A stretch of DNA of 64,000 nucleotides from Chloroflexota bacterium (GTDB taxonomy: Bacteria; Chloroflexota; Anaerolineae; UBA1429). Position numbers and translations under genes: made by a program. The notes below the pieces were generated by a model. It was not told the origin of the DNA. It saw nothing but the letters and a program-made list of their open reading frames with translations, and ran no database searches. Shown here one piece after another: positions 8,896 to 19,294 of this stretch. Location of the stretch: NCBI GenBank assembly GCA_034722245.1, contig JAYENT010000019.1, positions 10,425 through 74,424 of the forward strand, written 5' to 3'. Position 1 is the stretch's first letter; each line of letters begins with the position of its first letter.

Positions 8896-10131
8896 CTATT
8901 CACCGACCCGCGCCCGCATCACCGCCCCCAGACGCTTGATGCCCTCCCGTATCGTGTCACATGGGACGCTGGCGAAAGAGAGGCGCAGCGTGTTGTCCCC
9001 ACCGCCATTGGCATAGAAGGGGCCTCCGGGGATAAAGGCCACCTTTTTCTCCGCGGCCTCTCGCAGGAGCTCTGCCGCGTCCATGCCCTCGGGCAGGGTC
9101 ACCCAGAGAAAAAGGCCCCCCTCAGGGCGCGTGTAGCGGACACTCTTCGGGAAGTACTCTTCGATGGCCTCGCACATGGTGTTCCGGCGCGCCAGATAGG
9201 TATCGCGAATGCGCTGCTCCTGCGCCGGGAGCCATCCCCGCCGCATAAACTCGTAAGCCATGGTCTGAGCCAGGGCGTTGGTATGCAGGTCGGCTCCCTG
9301 TTTGGCCATCACGAATTGCTCGGCAATCTCTGGCGGACACACGGCCCAGGCCAGCCGTAGGCCCGGCGCTAGGGTCTTGGAAAAAGTCCGCAGATAGATG
9401 ATATCCCCCTTGACGTAGCCCGATTCCTCACCGTTCTCCGGATAGCGCGCCGCATCAATGGCCACAAGTGGAGCCAATGCCTCACCCGCGAAACGTAACT
9501 GACTATAGGGATCATCCTCCACGATGGGCACGCCCATGGAACTGGCGATCTCTACGACCTCTTCACGACGGGCCATGGACATGGTGACTCCCGTGGGATT
9601 ATGAAAGGTGGGCAACAAATACATGAACTTGGGATGCTTCTGCCTGATGATGGCCGGAAGTTGGTCCGCACACGCGCCTTCGCCATCGAGGGGCACAGTG
9701 GCAAATTCGACGCCATAGGCTCTGAAGGACTGCAGAGCACCGAGAAACGTTGGCTCCTCCACGATGATGGTATCCCCTTCGTCCAATAGGATGCGCCCCA
9801 CCAGATCAAGCCCCTGTTGCGCGCCACTGGTGATGACCACGTTCTCCTCCTTGCAGGGGATGCCCTCATCGGTCATGGCTTCCGCAAGGGTCTGGCGCAG
9901 ACGGTTGAACCCATCGGTGACGCCATACTGCAGCGATTCGCGAGGCATCTCCTGCAAAAGATAGTCACAGATCTCTCGGAATTGCTCCACAGGAAAGAGA
10001 TCAGCCTCTGGCCATCCTCCGGCCATGGAGATGAGGTCCGTAGATTGAATATTCTTGAAAATGTCGCGAATGACGGAGGTCGTCATCCACTCCAGACGGC
10101 GAGCATTCAGATTTTGCCAATCGACAGGCAT
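8896..10131 (-). CDS. PLP-dependent aminotransferase, class I/II fold (2-aminoadipate / aromatic aminotransferase-like)
   Basis: SFSKTLAPGLRLAW lysine motif, and NPTG. Confidence 0.85.
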   Translation of the reverse strand: MPVDWQNLNARRLEWMTTSVIRDIFKNIQSTDLISMAGGWPEADLFPVEQFREICDYLLQEMPRESLQYGVTDGFNRLRQTLAEAMTDEGIPCKEENVVITSGAQQGLDLVGRILLDEGDTIIVEEPTFLGALQSFRAYGVEFATVPLDGEGACADQLPAIIRQKHPKFMYLLPTFHNPTGVTMSMARREEVVEIASSMGVPIVEDDPYSQLRFAGEALAPLVAIDAARYPENGEESGYVKGDIIYLRTFSKTLAPGLRLAWAVCPPEIAEQFVMAKQGADLHTNALAQTMAYEFMRRGWLPAQEQRIRDTYLARRNTMCEAIEEYFPKSVRYTRPEGGLFLWVTLPEGMDAAELLREAAEKKVAFIPGGPFYANGGGDNTLRLSFASVPCDTIREGIKRLGAVMRARVGE

Positions 10132-10161
10132 TACACACTCCTTATAAATGCATGAAACTGC

Positions 10162-11091
10162 TCACGGATGCCTCTCCTCCTGAGACGCAAAATAGATCCC
10201 AACAAGAATACACACTCCCCCCGCCAAGGTGCTCAAGGGAGGCACCTCCCCCAAGACAAGAAAGGCCAGGAGCGTAGCGCCTACCGGCTCTCCCAGGAGG
10301 GCCAACGTGATAAACATGGGCGAGAAATGGGCCAGCGCCCAATTGAACGATGAGTGGCCCACTATTTGCGGAACCACTGCCAGCAACAGGAAGCATGAGA
10401 AGGTACGCAGATCATAGCCCAGAAGGGGGTGACTACGGAACACACAAAGGAGCAAAAGAATCGCACCGGCGATCCCGTAACACGGCCAGACATAGGCTAT
10501 GGTTGAGACCTTCCGACGCACAGCGCGCCCCAGCAGCATATAGGCCGATGCTCCCATGGCGCCCATCAAAGCCAAAACATCGCCCCACAACGCCTGGCCT
10601 GTGAACGCCCAGTCTCCATAACTGACGATGATGGTGCCCAGCATAGAGATGGCAACCGCCAGGACGGTGCGACGGCTCAATCGCTCCCCCAGCAGAAAAT
10701 GACCGGCCAAGCCCACAAATATGGGATTCGTGGAAACGAGGACGACTGAGCTGGCAACCGTCGTATAGGAAAGAGAGGAGACCCACGTGGCAAAGTGCGC
10801 GGCCAGGGCTACCCCCACCAGCACCAGCCGGCCCAAATCGTCACGGCCCAACTGGCGCCATTCGCGCCACCCGGAGGGCAAGGCCCAAGGGGTCAAGAGC
10901 AATGCGGCCAGGAGGAGCCGCCATGTGCCCACAACCAGGGGCGGCGCCTGCGTTAGACGGATGAGGATGGAGCCCGTGGAGACGGCCACGACGCCCAACC
11001 CAAGAACTGCCCAGCGATAGGAATGCCCCCGTACCCTCGCCGCCCCACCAGCGGCCCGCTGCGGCCCTGGGGATAGCTCGCGCGATTTCAT
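10162..11091 (-). CDS. EamA/DMT family transporter
   Basis: 10-TM duplication of EamA domains; start at ATG 11091 (MKSRELS). Confidence 0.75.
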   Translation of the reverse strand: MKSRELSPGPQRAAGGAARVRGHSYRWAVLGLGVVAVSTGSILIRLTQAPPLVVGTWRLLLAALLLTPWALPSGWREWRQLGRDDLGRLVLVGVALAAHFATWVSSLSYTTVASSVVLVSTNPIFVGLAGHFLLGERLSRRTVLAVAISMLGTIIVSYGDWAFTGQALWGDVLALMGAMGASAYMLLGRAVRRKVSTIAYVWPCYGIAGAILLLLCVFRSHPLLGYDLRTFSCFLLLAVVPQIVGHSSFNWALAHFSPMFITLALLGEPVGATLLAFLVLGEVPPLSTLAGGVCILVGIYFASQEERHP

Positions 11092-11218
11092 CGCCGGCCA
11101 CGCCCTCCTTGCCATCCACACCCCGGGCTCGCCCCACGCAAGTCTATTTCCGCGCGTCTATGGCGAGGATAGAAGACGAAGCAAAGGGATGTAAGGGCTA
11201 TCATAAGGCCATGAAAGG

Positions 11219-12094
11219 CTAGACTTCTCCCTCCACAATGCGCTCGTAAAGGGCTTGAAGTTCCTCTTCGGAGTAAAAGTGGATCACCAGCCTGCCTCCC
11301 TTGCTGGTCCGATAGAGCCTCACCTTAGTGCCCAGCGCATCGCGGAACTCGCCTTCCAAGGCCACCGTCTCGGGAGACCGCGTCCGCTCCTTCGGCTTGC
11401 TCTCTTTTGGGGAATGCACGCGACGGGCCAATTCTTCCGTCTGCCGCACGGAGAGGTTCCGCTCCAACACCTGCTGGAGCGCTTGAAGGCGGTCTTCTTT
11501 GGAATCCAGCATCAGCAGGGCGCGAGCGTGCCCCTCGGAGAGCCGGTTCGCAAGCAGGGCCTCCTTGACCTCCTCGGGCAATTGCAGAAGCCGCAGCGTG
11601 TTCGTCACACTGGCCCGGCTGCGTCCCACGCGCTCGGCGATGCGCTCATGCGTCAGGTCGAATTCCTCGGCCAACTGGGAATAGGCCTGCGCCTCCTCCA
11701 GAGGGTTCAGATCAGCCCGTTGTATATTCTCCACTAGAGCGAGTTCCAGCATCTCCTGCGGCGTAGCGTCCTTCACCATAACGTCCACGTGTTGTAAACC
11801 AGCCAGACGTGCAGCACGCCACCTTCTCTCGCCTGCGATCAACTGGTAGCGCTTGGGCTCCGAGGCATCCTCCCTTCCCGTCACTTCCTGTACCAGGAGC
11901 GGCTGTATCAACCCCACCTCTTTGATGGAGGCGGCCAACTCCCGGAGCGCTCCCTCGTCAAAGACACTGCGCGCCTGAAAGGGATTGGGCACGATGGCGT
12001 CTATATTCACCTTCTTGAGGCCCGGCACTGAGCCGCCAGAGGGTATGAGGGCCTCCAGCCCCTTGCCAAGCCCTCGCCTTCTCTTAGAAGCCAT
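11219..12094 (-). CDS. parB: Chromosome partitioning protein ParB/Spo0J
   Basis: ParB box GERRWRAA; HTH; C-terminal dimerisation domain. Confidence 0.9.
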   Translation of the reverse strand: MASKRRRGLGKGLEALIPSGGSVPGLKKVNIDAIVPNPFQARSVFDEGALRELAASIKEVGLIQPLLVQEVTGREDASEPKRYQLIAGERRWRAARLAGLQHVDVMVKDATPQEMLELALVENIQRADLNPLEEAQAYSQLAEEFDLTHERIAERVGRSRASVTNTLRLLQLPEEVKEALLANRLSEGHARALLMLDSKEDRLQALQQVLERNLSVRQTEELARRVHSPKESKPKERTRSPETVALEGEFRDALGTKVRLYRTSKGGRLVIHFYSEEELQALYERIVEGEV

Positions 12095-12132
12095 GACGCG
12101 TAGCCCCCACCCCCATAATCATCTCTCTTCCA

Positions 12133-12903
12133 TCAGTAATCATTGCCCAAGGCCATGATCTCCCGACACAGCGCGGCATAGGCCTTCCCCCCACTCGAGC
12201 AAGGTGCATAGCTGGATATCGGCTCTCCATAGCTTGGCGCCTCGCTGAGCCTCACGCTGCGCGGAATAATGGCCTCAAAAACGGCATTAGGAAACTGCTC
12301 CCGAACCTCCTCCACTACCTGACGAGACAGGTTAGTGCGCGCATCATACATAGTGAGGATCAGGCCGCGAACGATCAGATCGGGATTCAAGCTCTCGCGC
12401 ACCCGCTCAATGGTCTCCAGCAGTTGGGCCAGACCTTCTAAAGGGAGATACTCACATTGAACGGGGATCAGCACGCCGTCGGCCGCCACCAGCGCGTTTA
12501 CTGTCAGTATGCCCAGGCTGGGAGGCGTATCGACGAGAATGAAATCATACTGCGGCTCTATCTTCTGCAGCGCATCGCGCAGCCGGAACTCCCGCGCTGG
12601 CATATCGACCAACTCCACCTGGGCCCCCGCCAGGGACGGGGAAGAGGGAACAAGGTCCAGCCCAAAGCAGTTGGTCAGCGTGATGAGGCGCGAGATGGGC
12701 AAAGAATCTACAAAAAGATCATAGGACGAGCGCTCAAGGGAGCGCGTATCGACCCCCATGCTGGTGGTGGCATTGGCCTGGGGATCCACATCCACCAGTA
12801 AGACCCGTTTGCCCGCATTGGCCAGGTAGGCTCCAAGGTTCACGGCCGTGGTCGTTTTCCCGACCCCTCCCTTTTGGTTGGCCAGTGCATATATGCGGCT
12901 CAT
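12133..12903 (-). CDS. parA: Chromosome partitioning ATPase ParA/Soj
   Basis: Deviant Walker A KGGVGKTTT; start at ATG 12903 (MSRIYALANQKGG). Confidence 0.9.
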   Translation of the reverse strand: MSRIYALANQKGGVGKTTTAVNLGAYLANAGKRVLLVDVDPQANATTSMGVDTRSLERSSYDLFVDSLPISRLITLTNCFGLDLVPSSPSLAGAQVELVDMPAREFRLRDALQKIEPQYDFILVDTPPSLGILTVNALVAADGVLIPVQCEYLPLEGLAQLLETIERVRESLNPDLIVRGLILTMYDARTNLSRQVVEEVREQFPNAVFEAIIPRSVRLSEAPSYGEPISSYAPCSSGGKAYAALCREIMALGNDY

Positions 12904-12914
12904 ATCTCGGGATC

Positions 12915-13763
12915 CTATTCTCTCAGCCGGCCATGGCCCAGGCGCCACGCGATTTGTTCCCTTGAGGGCATGCCTCTAGCCCCAACGGTCTCGACGATGA
13001 ATGAAGCCGCAGCGTTGGCAAAACGGAGCGATTCCCGCACGTCCTGCGTCTCAAAGAAACGCACAAAATAGGCGGTCGCGAACACGTCCCCTGCGCCTGT
13101 CGAATCGACCTCCCTCACCTTGTAGGCGGGCATATGCACTACGTGCCCTCTATAGTACACGGTAGCGCCCTCTCGCCCCTGTGTCAAGACGAGATGATCC
13201 GTCTCAGATGCGTAGGGAGCCAGGCGCCGCGCATCGCCCTCCAGGTCCTCCAGGCTGAGCACCACCACATCCGCCACATGCAGGCCGCGCCTCGCCCCAT
13301 CCCACGCCGCATAAGAGACCAAACCATCCCCGTCCCAACGGCGTAGCCACCCCTGAAGCGTCAGGCCCAACAAGGAAGGCGAAAAGGCCTCCACGAGCCG
13401 CACGTCTACCTCTCGGGCTACAGGCCCCAGGTGGACGATAACCGCACGCTCCCAGGCCTCCGGCACATCCTCCCTTGCCAATGGAGTCGCCAGGGCCCGA
13501 ATGTACTGGCGGCGGCCCTGGGCCAAGTAAGTGTTCTCAAACGTCGTCGTCCGCTGTGCGGGCAAACGGTGCAAAGCGATAGAAGGTGCCCGCGCGAACA
13601 GAGGGTACTCTGGATCAGCGCTGGTGAGCACAGCGGTCTTGAGCCCAAGTCTGTGAGCCGTCAAGGCCGAATAGGTCGCTGTACCACCAGGCCGCAACGC
13701 GCCATCAGCCCCCACATCCCACGTGACGTGGCCTACAACCAAATACTCAGGAATCAGCAACAA
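12915..13763 (-). CDS. PfkB-family carbohydrate kinase
   Basis: DSTGAGDVFATAY C-terminal motif; ribokinase-like fold. Confidence 0.8.
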   Translation of the reverse strand: MLLIPEYLVVGHVTWDVGADGALRPGGTATYSALTAHRLGLKTAVLTSADPEYPLFARAPSIALHRLPAQRTTTFENTYLAQGRRQYIRALATPLAREDVPEAWERAVIVHLGPVAREVDVRLVEAFSPSLLGLTLQGWLRRWDGDGLVSYAAWDGARRGLHVADVVVLSLEDLEGDARRLAPYASETDHLVLTQGREGATVYYRGHVVHMPAYKVREVDSTGAGDVFATAYFVRFFETQDVRESLRFANAAASFIVETVGARGMPSREQIAWRLGHGRLRE

Positions 13764-13781
13764 GACAAAATCCCAGGCGCC

Positions 13782-14570
13782 CTACTTGGGGAATATCTGC
13801 ACCTTTCGGTCGTCGCCCTCTCCTGTACTCTCGGTATACACATCAGGGTCATTCCGCAGCGCGATGTGCACGATGCGGCGCTCATACGCAGGCATGGGTT
13901 CCAGCGTCGCGACCCGCCCCGTTTCGCGCACTTGGTCCGCCATGCGCTCGGCCAAAGCCTGCAGGCTTTCCTCGCGCCTGGCCTTGTAGCCATCGACATC
14001 CACAACCAGGTTAGGCCAGGTCTTGATCTCGCGATTGACGATGAGCCGCACCATGAATTGCAGGTCGCGAAGCGTCTCGCCGCGGCGCCCGATAAGGATA
14101 CCAAGCTCGTCGCCTACAACGTTCACGACCAAAGGCGAGACCTCGCCGGTTTCGGGATCAATCTCTCCGCCATGATCCACGACCTCGACCGCGGCCAGCA
14201 GCCCCATCTTGTCTATCAGATTGGTCAACACCTCACACGCGATATCCTCCAACTCTGGCGGATTTCGCTTCAAGGCTGGGGCGTAGGCCTCCTCCGCTTC
14301 TTCCACTCCAGTCTCCGCTTCGGGCTCGGCCTTCTCCTCTACAGCAACAGCCTGGCCTTCCTGCGCCTCTTCCGTAGGCTCCGCCCCGACTTTAACGGGT
14401 GGTGTTGAAACCCGAATGGCCACTTCACCCGTCTGAACTAGACCAAGGATGCTACGCGTGTTGTCCTTGATCACCTCGTAGTCAAGATCCTCGGGAGGCA
14501 CCCCAAGCTCGTAAGAGGCTTTCTTCAACGCCTCCTCAATTGTCTTTCCAGTATAATCGCTTTTCTGCAT
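13782..14570 (-). CDS. khpB: RNA-binding protein Jag/KhpB (Jag_N, KH, R3H)
   Basis: MQKSDYTGKTIEEALKKA... R3H GEGDDRKVQI; conserved position downstream of yidC. Confidence 0.85.
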   Translation of the reverse strand: MQKSDYTGKTIEEALKKASYELGVPPEDLDYEVIKDNTRSILGLVQTGEVAIRVSTPPVKVGAEPTEEAQEGQAVAVEEKAEPEAETGVEEAEEAYAPALKRNPPELEDIACEVLTNLIDKMGLLAAVEVVDHGGEIDPETGEVSPLVVNVVGDELGILIGRRGETLRDLQFMVRLIVNREIKTWPNLVVDVDGYKARREESLQALAERMADQVRETGRVATLEPMPAYERRIVHIALRNDPDVYTESTGEGDDRKVQIFPK

Positions 14571-14589
14571 TTTTCCCTTTTTCGTTCTA

Positions 14590-15441
14590 TCACGCCTCAT
14601 CTTCAGCATCGGGCATAGCCGGCCCTTCGATCTTTTCTATCACCCACTGCATAGCGATACCAACGATATTGGAGATGACGAAATAAATCGCCAATCCCGA
14701 CGCGAACTGCATGGTGAAATAGCCAAACATGAGAGGCATCATGAACTGCATCGTCTGATTCATGGACGCCTGTTGGGGATCCGAGGATGCTGGCGTCATC
14801 ATCTTTTGCTGAAGCCACATGGTCCCTGCAACCAGGACGGGCAACACAAAGGGCGTCGGGTCCGGCTTGGCCAGATCTAGCCACAAAAAGGTACTTTGCA
14901 GAGGCACGATCTTTGCGATAACGTCAAAGCTGGCATAGACGTTCTTGCCCAAATTCATCAGCTCCAAAGGTGTATCGGCCAGTATGCTGTTGATCGATTG
15001 ATACAGCGCAATCCAGATGGGGAACTGGATGAGAGTCGGAAGGCATCCCCCCAGAGGGTTCACCCCCGCCTCTTTGTACAGTTTCTGCTGCTCCTGCAAA
15101 AGCCTTTCCTTATCGCCGCCGTACTTTTCCTGCAGCTTGGACAACTTGGGCTGTAGTGCGGCCGTCTTTTTGCTCGTCCTGATCTGCCTGATCTGTAAGG
15201 GGAACGTGATTAAGCGCAGGCCAACCGTCAGGCCGGCGATGGCAACAACGAAACTCTCCCCCAGGTGAGCATAGAGAAACAATAGGAGGTTTAACATGGG
15301 ACGTATGAGCCCCTCGCGCCAGATAACTCCCCATCCAATCTGGAACCCCCCCAGGATCACCGCCCCAACGATAACCCATGTCAAGATGGATTTACGCAAT
15401 TGCTTGGCATCTATTTGCGGTCTGTTTGCTGCTCGTTGCAC
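14590..15441 (-). CDS. yidC: Membrane protein insertase YidC (short Gram-positive-type form)
   Basis: 60-kDa inner-membrane protein core (LPTLIQFPIWIALY, PLMFGYFT). Confidence 0.9.
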   Translation of the reverse strand: MQRAANRPQIDAKQLRKSILTWVIVGAVILGGFQIGWGVIWREGLIRPMLNLLLFLYAHLGESFVVAIAGLTVGLRLITFPLQIRQIRTSKKTAALQPKLSKLQEKYGGDKERLLQEQQKLYKEAGVNPLGGCLPTLIQFPIWIALYQSINSILADTPLELMNLGKNVYASFDVIAKIVPLQSTFLWLDLAKPDPTPFVLPVLVAGTMWLQQKMMTPASSDPQQASMNQTMQFMMPLMFGYFTMQFASGLAIYFVISNIVGIAMQWVIEKIEGPAMPDAEDEA

Positions 15442-15468
15442 GAAAGAAGAACCTCCTCGTCTTGTCTT

Positions 15469-16620
15469 CTAGTCTTTAGCAGGGGGATAGACCCACACTT
15501 GCGGCGCCCTGCTGCTAGAATCGAGAGCGTATACCTCCCCCTTGGATGTCCCCACATAGACCATCTCCCCTTCAACGGCTGGGGTGGAGAGAACAGAGCC
15601 CGGCAACTTTTCCAGTATCTCCGTCGCTCCCGTTTCCATATTGACGGTATAAACAAAACCCGCGTCGGTGCCGACGACCATACTCTCTCCCAAGAGGGCT
15701 GGGCCCGCCCTCACAGCCCCCTCAACCTTCACGGGGTCCCAGCGTGGGCTGCCATCCTTTACGCTGTGGGCGTGGACGCTGCCATCCAAAGAACAAAAAT
15801 ACACGTAACCATCATGGGCCAGCACCTCGCCCCATACCCAACCGCCAAGTTCCTTGGTCTTCCATACCTCCGAGCCATCCTCAGCACGCAGGACGTGCAG
15901 TCGCTTATCCACACTGCCCACGTACAGCAAGTCATCCTCGCGCACCACCGTTCCGATGACTGACCCTCCCACGTCCGTTTTCCACTGTGCCAGGCCACTC
16001 TCGCGGTCGAGGGCATACAAATAGTGATCCATGCTTCCCACGTACACGCGCTTATCATCGAGTGCGGGCGTACTCCACACCCAATTGTTGGTCTCAAAGG
16101 GCGCATCCCACACCAACTCCTGGCTGTCGACGTCCAGCGCGTACACGTTGTGATCGGAGGAGCCAAAATAGGCCGTGCCCTCATCGACGACCACCCCCCC
16201 AACGATGGCACCATCCACCGCGAAATCCCAAGCTTTCTGACCAGACGCGCGATCAAACGCATACAGGTGATGATCGTAAGAAGCTGCGAGCAGCAGGCTC
16301 TGCGTTATCACAGGAATACCATATACAGCGCCCAGGAGACTCTCCCCATCGTCTTTCTGCGCCTTGGCAAAGGAACAGCCTAGCCCACCCCCTTGGGCTT
16401 CCGAGGGATAGGCCCAGATCTCTGCTCCATCGTTCAAACCGTCGAGAGCCACCACCCTGCCTGTCGGCAAAATCGTGTAAACGGTATCCTCCCGCGCTGC
16501 GACCACCGTCCACCCCGGGGTCCTCACCGCTCCACTGCCGGGCACACATCCCCCCGCCACAAGGCCCACCAAGAGAACAACCAAGAGGGCGCGACTCCTC
16601 GCTTTGTTGACAACTTTCAA
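15469..16620 (-). CDS. PQQ-like beta-propeller repeat lipoprotein (BamB-like fold)
   Basis: Signal peptide + LVAGGC lipobox; repeated YALD/YVGS.DG.LYALD blades. It sits between yidD and yidC. Confidence 0.8.
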   Translation of the reverse strand: MKVVNKARSRALLVVLLVGLVAGGCVPGSGAVRTPGWTVVAAREDTVYTILPTGRVVALDGLNDGAEIWAYPSEAQGGGLGCSFAKAQKDDGESLLGAVYGIPVITQSLLLAASYDHHLYAFDRASGQKAWDFAVDGAIVGGVVVDEGTAYFGSSDHNVYALDVDSQELVWDAPFETNNWVWSTPALDDKRVYVGSMDHYLYALDRESGLAQWKTDVGGSVIGTVVREDDLLYVGSVDKRLHVLRAEDGSEVWKTKELGGWVWGEVLAHDGYVYFCSLDGSVHAHSVKDGSPRWDPVKVEGAVRAGPALLGESMVVGTDAGFVYTVNMETGATEILEKLPGSVLSTPAVEGEMVYVGTSKGEVYALDSSSRAPQVWVYPPAKD

Positions 16621-16668
16621 ACCTAAAACCTCCCTAACTTTGTTCCCAGGGCACCCCCGGCTTCTGGT

Positions 16669-16917
16669 CTAGGGTACCGGATCATATCCCCCCTCATGAA
16701 AGGGATGACAGCGCGAAAGGCGCTTCAACCCCATAAACACACCAGGCAGCCCACCGTACTTTTGCACCGCCTGTATCATATATTCCGAGCACGTCGGCTG
16801 AAAGCGGCAGCTGGGAGGCAGGGTAGGCGAGATGGCACGCTGATAGAAATACAGCATGCCAAGCACGATGCGCTTACTTGTGTCCCTGACAGAGATTCTC
16901 TTCACCTTCCCCCTCAC
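16669..16917 (-). CDS. yidD: Membrane protein insertion efficiency factor YidD (start uncertain; ATG 16857 also possible)
   Basis: YQRAISP...[10 protein letters not shown]...GGYDPVP; overlaps the rnpA 3' end. Confidence 0.8.
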   Translation of the reverse strand: MRGKVKRISVRDTSKRIVLGMLYFYQRAISPTLPPSCRFQPTCSEYMIQAVQKYGGLPGVFMGLKRLSRCHPFHEGGYDPVP

Positions 16918-17263
16918 TTTCTTCAGACAAAAGCAACCCGGCCGAACGCAGGAGGGGCATAACAGCAGACTCGACGGCCCAATAATCCGCGCCGGTGATA
17001 GAAGGTCTGGCTACAAAAACGATATCCCACCCAGGGGACACGGCATCACAATGCAACCTCACCACCTCGCGAAGGAGCCGCTTTGCCCGGTTACGAACGA
17101 CAGCATTGCCGATCTTCTTGCTTACCGAAAAGCCAAAGCGGCTGTTCTCCAATCCATTCCTGCATTTGCAAAGAACTACCACTCTATTAGAGCAACAGCA
17201 CCCCTCACCATGTACGCGCCCGAAATCGGCAGATTTGGTGAGGCGGTACTGCAAAGGTAACAC
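16874..17263 (-). CDS. rnpA: Ribonuclease P protein component
   Basis: GTG start; [10 protein letters not shown]...[28 protein letters not shown] motif. Confidence 0.85.
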   Translation of the reverse strand: MLPLQYRLTKSADFGRVHGEGCCCSNRVVVLCKCRNGLENSRFGFSVSKKIGNAVVRNRAKRLLREVVRLHCDAVSPGWDIVFVARPSITGADYWAVESAVMPLLRSAGLLLSEESEGEGEENLCQGHK

Positions 17264-17273
17264 GCCGGACGTA

Positions 17274-17441
17274 CTACTTGTGATTTCTTTTCTGATGCTT
17301 TGGATTCACAGCCAGGGACCAACGTCCCTTTGCCCGCCTGGACTTTAGCACATCACGCCCACCCTTGGTGGACATACGCTGACGGAAGCCGTGCACCTTT
17401 TGGCGACGACGTTTTTTTGGTTGCCATGTTCTCTTGGGCAT
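17274..17441 (-). CDS. rpmH: 50S ribosomal protein L34 (55 aa; absent from the ORF track because it is under 60 aa)
   Basis: Manual translation of the minus strand from ATG 17441: [55 protein letters not shown]. Canonical position 10 nt upstream of rnpA. Confidence 0.85.
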   Translation of the reverse strand: MPKRTWQPKKRRRQKVHGFRQRMSTKGGRDVLKSRRAKGRWSLAVNPKHQKRNHK

Positions 17442-17592
17442 TTTATCGAAAACCCCTTCAATGTATCAAAGAAACGAAACTAGCCGTAAGGCTCTGCGTA
17501 TTATACTGTGCAGTCCAACGGAGTGTCAAAAGCTACAACGCCTCGACGAAGCTAAAAGTACTGTAAGAGGGACCGCGCGTGCGGCATCCCTT

Positions 17593-18123
17593 CTAGGTCA
17601 AAAAACGCGAGTAGATCAGCCCCACGTCACCATTGCTATAGTACTGATCTATAAAGCCTCTAAAAGCATACCCTTTTTGGGAAAAGAATCGGATCGCGGG
17701 CTCGTTCTTGTTCTGGAGAACGGCAGTCATGGCCCGCAGCTCGCTGCCCCGGGCCCACCTCTGAGCCGTCTCCAAGAGCAGACTCCCTATCCCTCGACGC
17801 CGCGCCGGGGAATCTACCACCAAATGGTTGATCCACCCCTCCCAGTTCCTTCGCCTCACGACCATATCCAGGTAGCCCAACACGACACCCGCCTCCTGGG
17901 CGACAAGAAAACACTCGTTGCGCCGCCAATCCTCTCGGAGATTCTCTGCGTTCTGAGGGTAGGGAACGCGGATCCGCCGAGGAATGCGCTCACGACGGAA
18001 TGCCACCGCGACGCCGTACGGCGTCCTCTCCTCTTCCATTTGCCACACATAGCTCGTGGTGTACGAGCCATCAATGCGCTCGCAGTAGTCAAGATGCCCA
18101 AGTACAGCAGGGCGGATTCTCAT
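17593..18123 (-). CDS. GNAT-family N-acetyltransferase
   Basis: Acetyl-CoA binding motif RRRGIGSLLL. Confidence 0.8.
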   Translation of the reverse strand: MRIRPAVLGHLDYCERIDGSYTTSYVWQMEEERTPYGVAVAFRRERIPRRIRVPYPQNAENLREDWRRNECFLVAQEAGVVLGYLDMVVRRRNWEGWINHLVVDSPARRRGIGSLLLETAQRWARGSELRAMTAVLQNKNEPAIRFFSQKGYAFRGFIDQYYSNGDVGLIYSRFLT

Positions 18124-18220
18124 AGCAGTAGCCGTATTTCACATTTTCCCGCAACAAGGGCCAAACCCTTTGCAGAGGGTTTTGAACCACGAAATACCGA
18201 AAACCGGGAAACAAGCACCA

Positions 18221-19186
18221 TCAAGCCCTTCCGCTCCTCGCACGCTCGCGGGTTCCTGGCACCGGCACAGAATCTATCACATCCTGCACGACGTGGCGTG
18301 TATCCACATTCTTTATCCGCGCCGAGGGGCTCACGATGATCCGATGCGCAAGCGTAAACTCGGCCAGCATCTTGACGTCATCCGGAATGACGTAATCACG
18401 CCCTTGCAGAGCGGCAAACGCCTGGCTCGTCTTATATAGGGCCAATGAACCGCGCGGACTGGCGCCCAGATAGACGTTAGGATACACCCGCGTCTCGTTC
18501 ACCACCGAGACAATATACTCCTTGATGAGGGGATCGGCGTACACCTCCCGTACCTGCTCCTGTGCCCCCATCAGTTCGTCTATGGTCACAGCTTGTTCCA
18601 GATCCTCCAGTGGATGGCGGTACTGCTGCGCCTCTAGAATGCGCACCTCTTCCTCGGGCTGGGGATGCCCCAGGCTGACGCGCATCAGGAAACGATCCAA
18701 CTGGGCTTCAGGAAGAGGAAAAGTGCCCTCGTACTCGATGGGGTTCTGCGTAGCGATGACCATAAAGGGTTTGGGCAGCGGATAAGTCTTTTCGTCCACC
18801 GTCACCTGGCGCTCCTCCATGGCCTCAAGCAGCGCCGACTGGGTCTTGGGGGTTGCCCGGTTGATCTCATCCGTCAGTACGATCTGGGCCATAACGGGCC
18901 CAGGACGGAACTCGAACTCCCGCGTCTTCTGATTGAAAACCGACACGCCCGTAATATCGCTCGGTAGCAGGTCGGGTGTGAACTGAATGCGGCTGAATGT
19001 GCCTCCGATGGTTCTAGCGATGGACTTGGCCAATACGGTCTTGCCCACGCCCGGTACATCCTCTATCAATATATGCCCCTGACAAAGCATGGCCACAAAG
19101 GCCAACTGTACTTCCCTATGCTTGCCGATGATCACCTTTTCTATGTTCGCAACAGCCCTATCACCAAGTTCCTGGACAGAGACCAT
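18221..19186 (-). CDS. MoxR-family AAA+ ATPase
   Basis: Walker A GVPGVGKT; [22 protein letters not shown]; start at ATG 19186. No DUF58/vWA partner is adjacent. Confidence 0.9.
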   Translation of the reverse strand: MVSVQELGDRAVANIEKVIIGKHREVQLAFVAMLCQGHILIEDVPGVGKTVLAKSIARTIGGTFSRIQFTPDLLPSDITGVSVFNQKTREFEFRPGPVMAQIVLTDEINRATPKTQSALLEAMEERQVTVDEKTYPLPKPFMVIATQNPIEYEGTFPLPEAQLDRFLMRVSLGHPQPEEEVRILEAQQYRHPLEDLEQAVTIDELMGAQEQVREVYADPLIKEYIVSVVNETRVYPNVYLGASPRGSLALYKTSQAFAALQGRDYVIPDDVKMLAEFTLAHRIIVSPSARIKNVDTRHVVQDVIDSVPVPGTRERARSGRA

Positions 19187-19294
19187 CTCTTTCCTTTCAG
19201 GCAATAAAAACATGTCAACTCAGATCGAGAATACATGATGTCTCCCCGCATGTCAAAACATCACAGCACAAATACTTGGTCTCCCACTACCAAC

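Noticed and set aside
18295-18320. DnaA-box-like GTATCCACA / TTATCCGCG near the rpmH end of the cluster (possible oriC).
   Set aside because: They are isolated, lie inside the MoxR coding sequence, and no dnaA/dnaN genes or clustered boxes are present. The AT-rich regions at 4214-4970 and 41224-42080 also lack box clusters.
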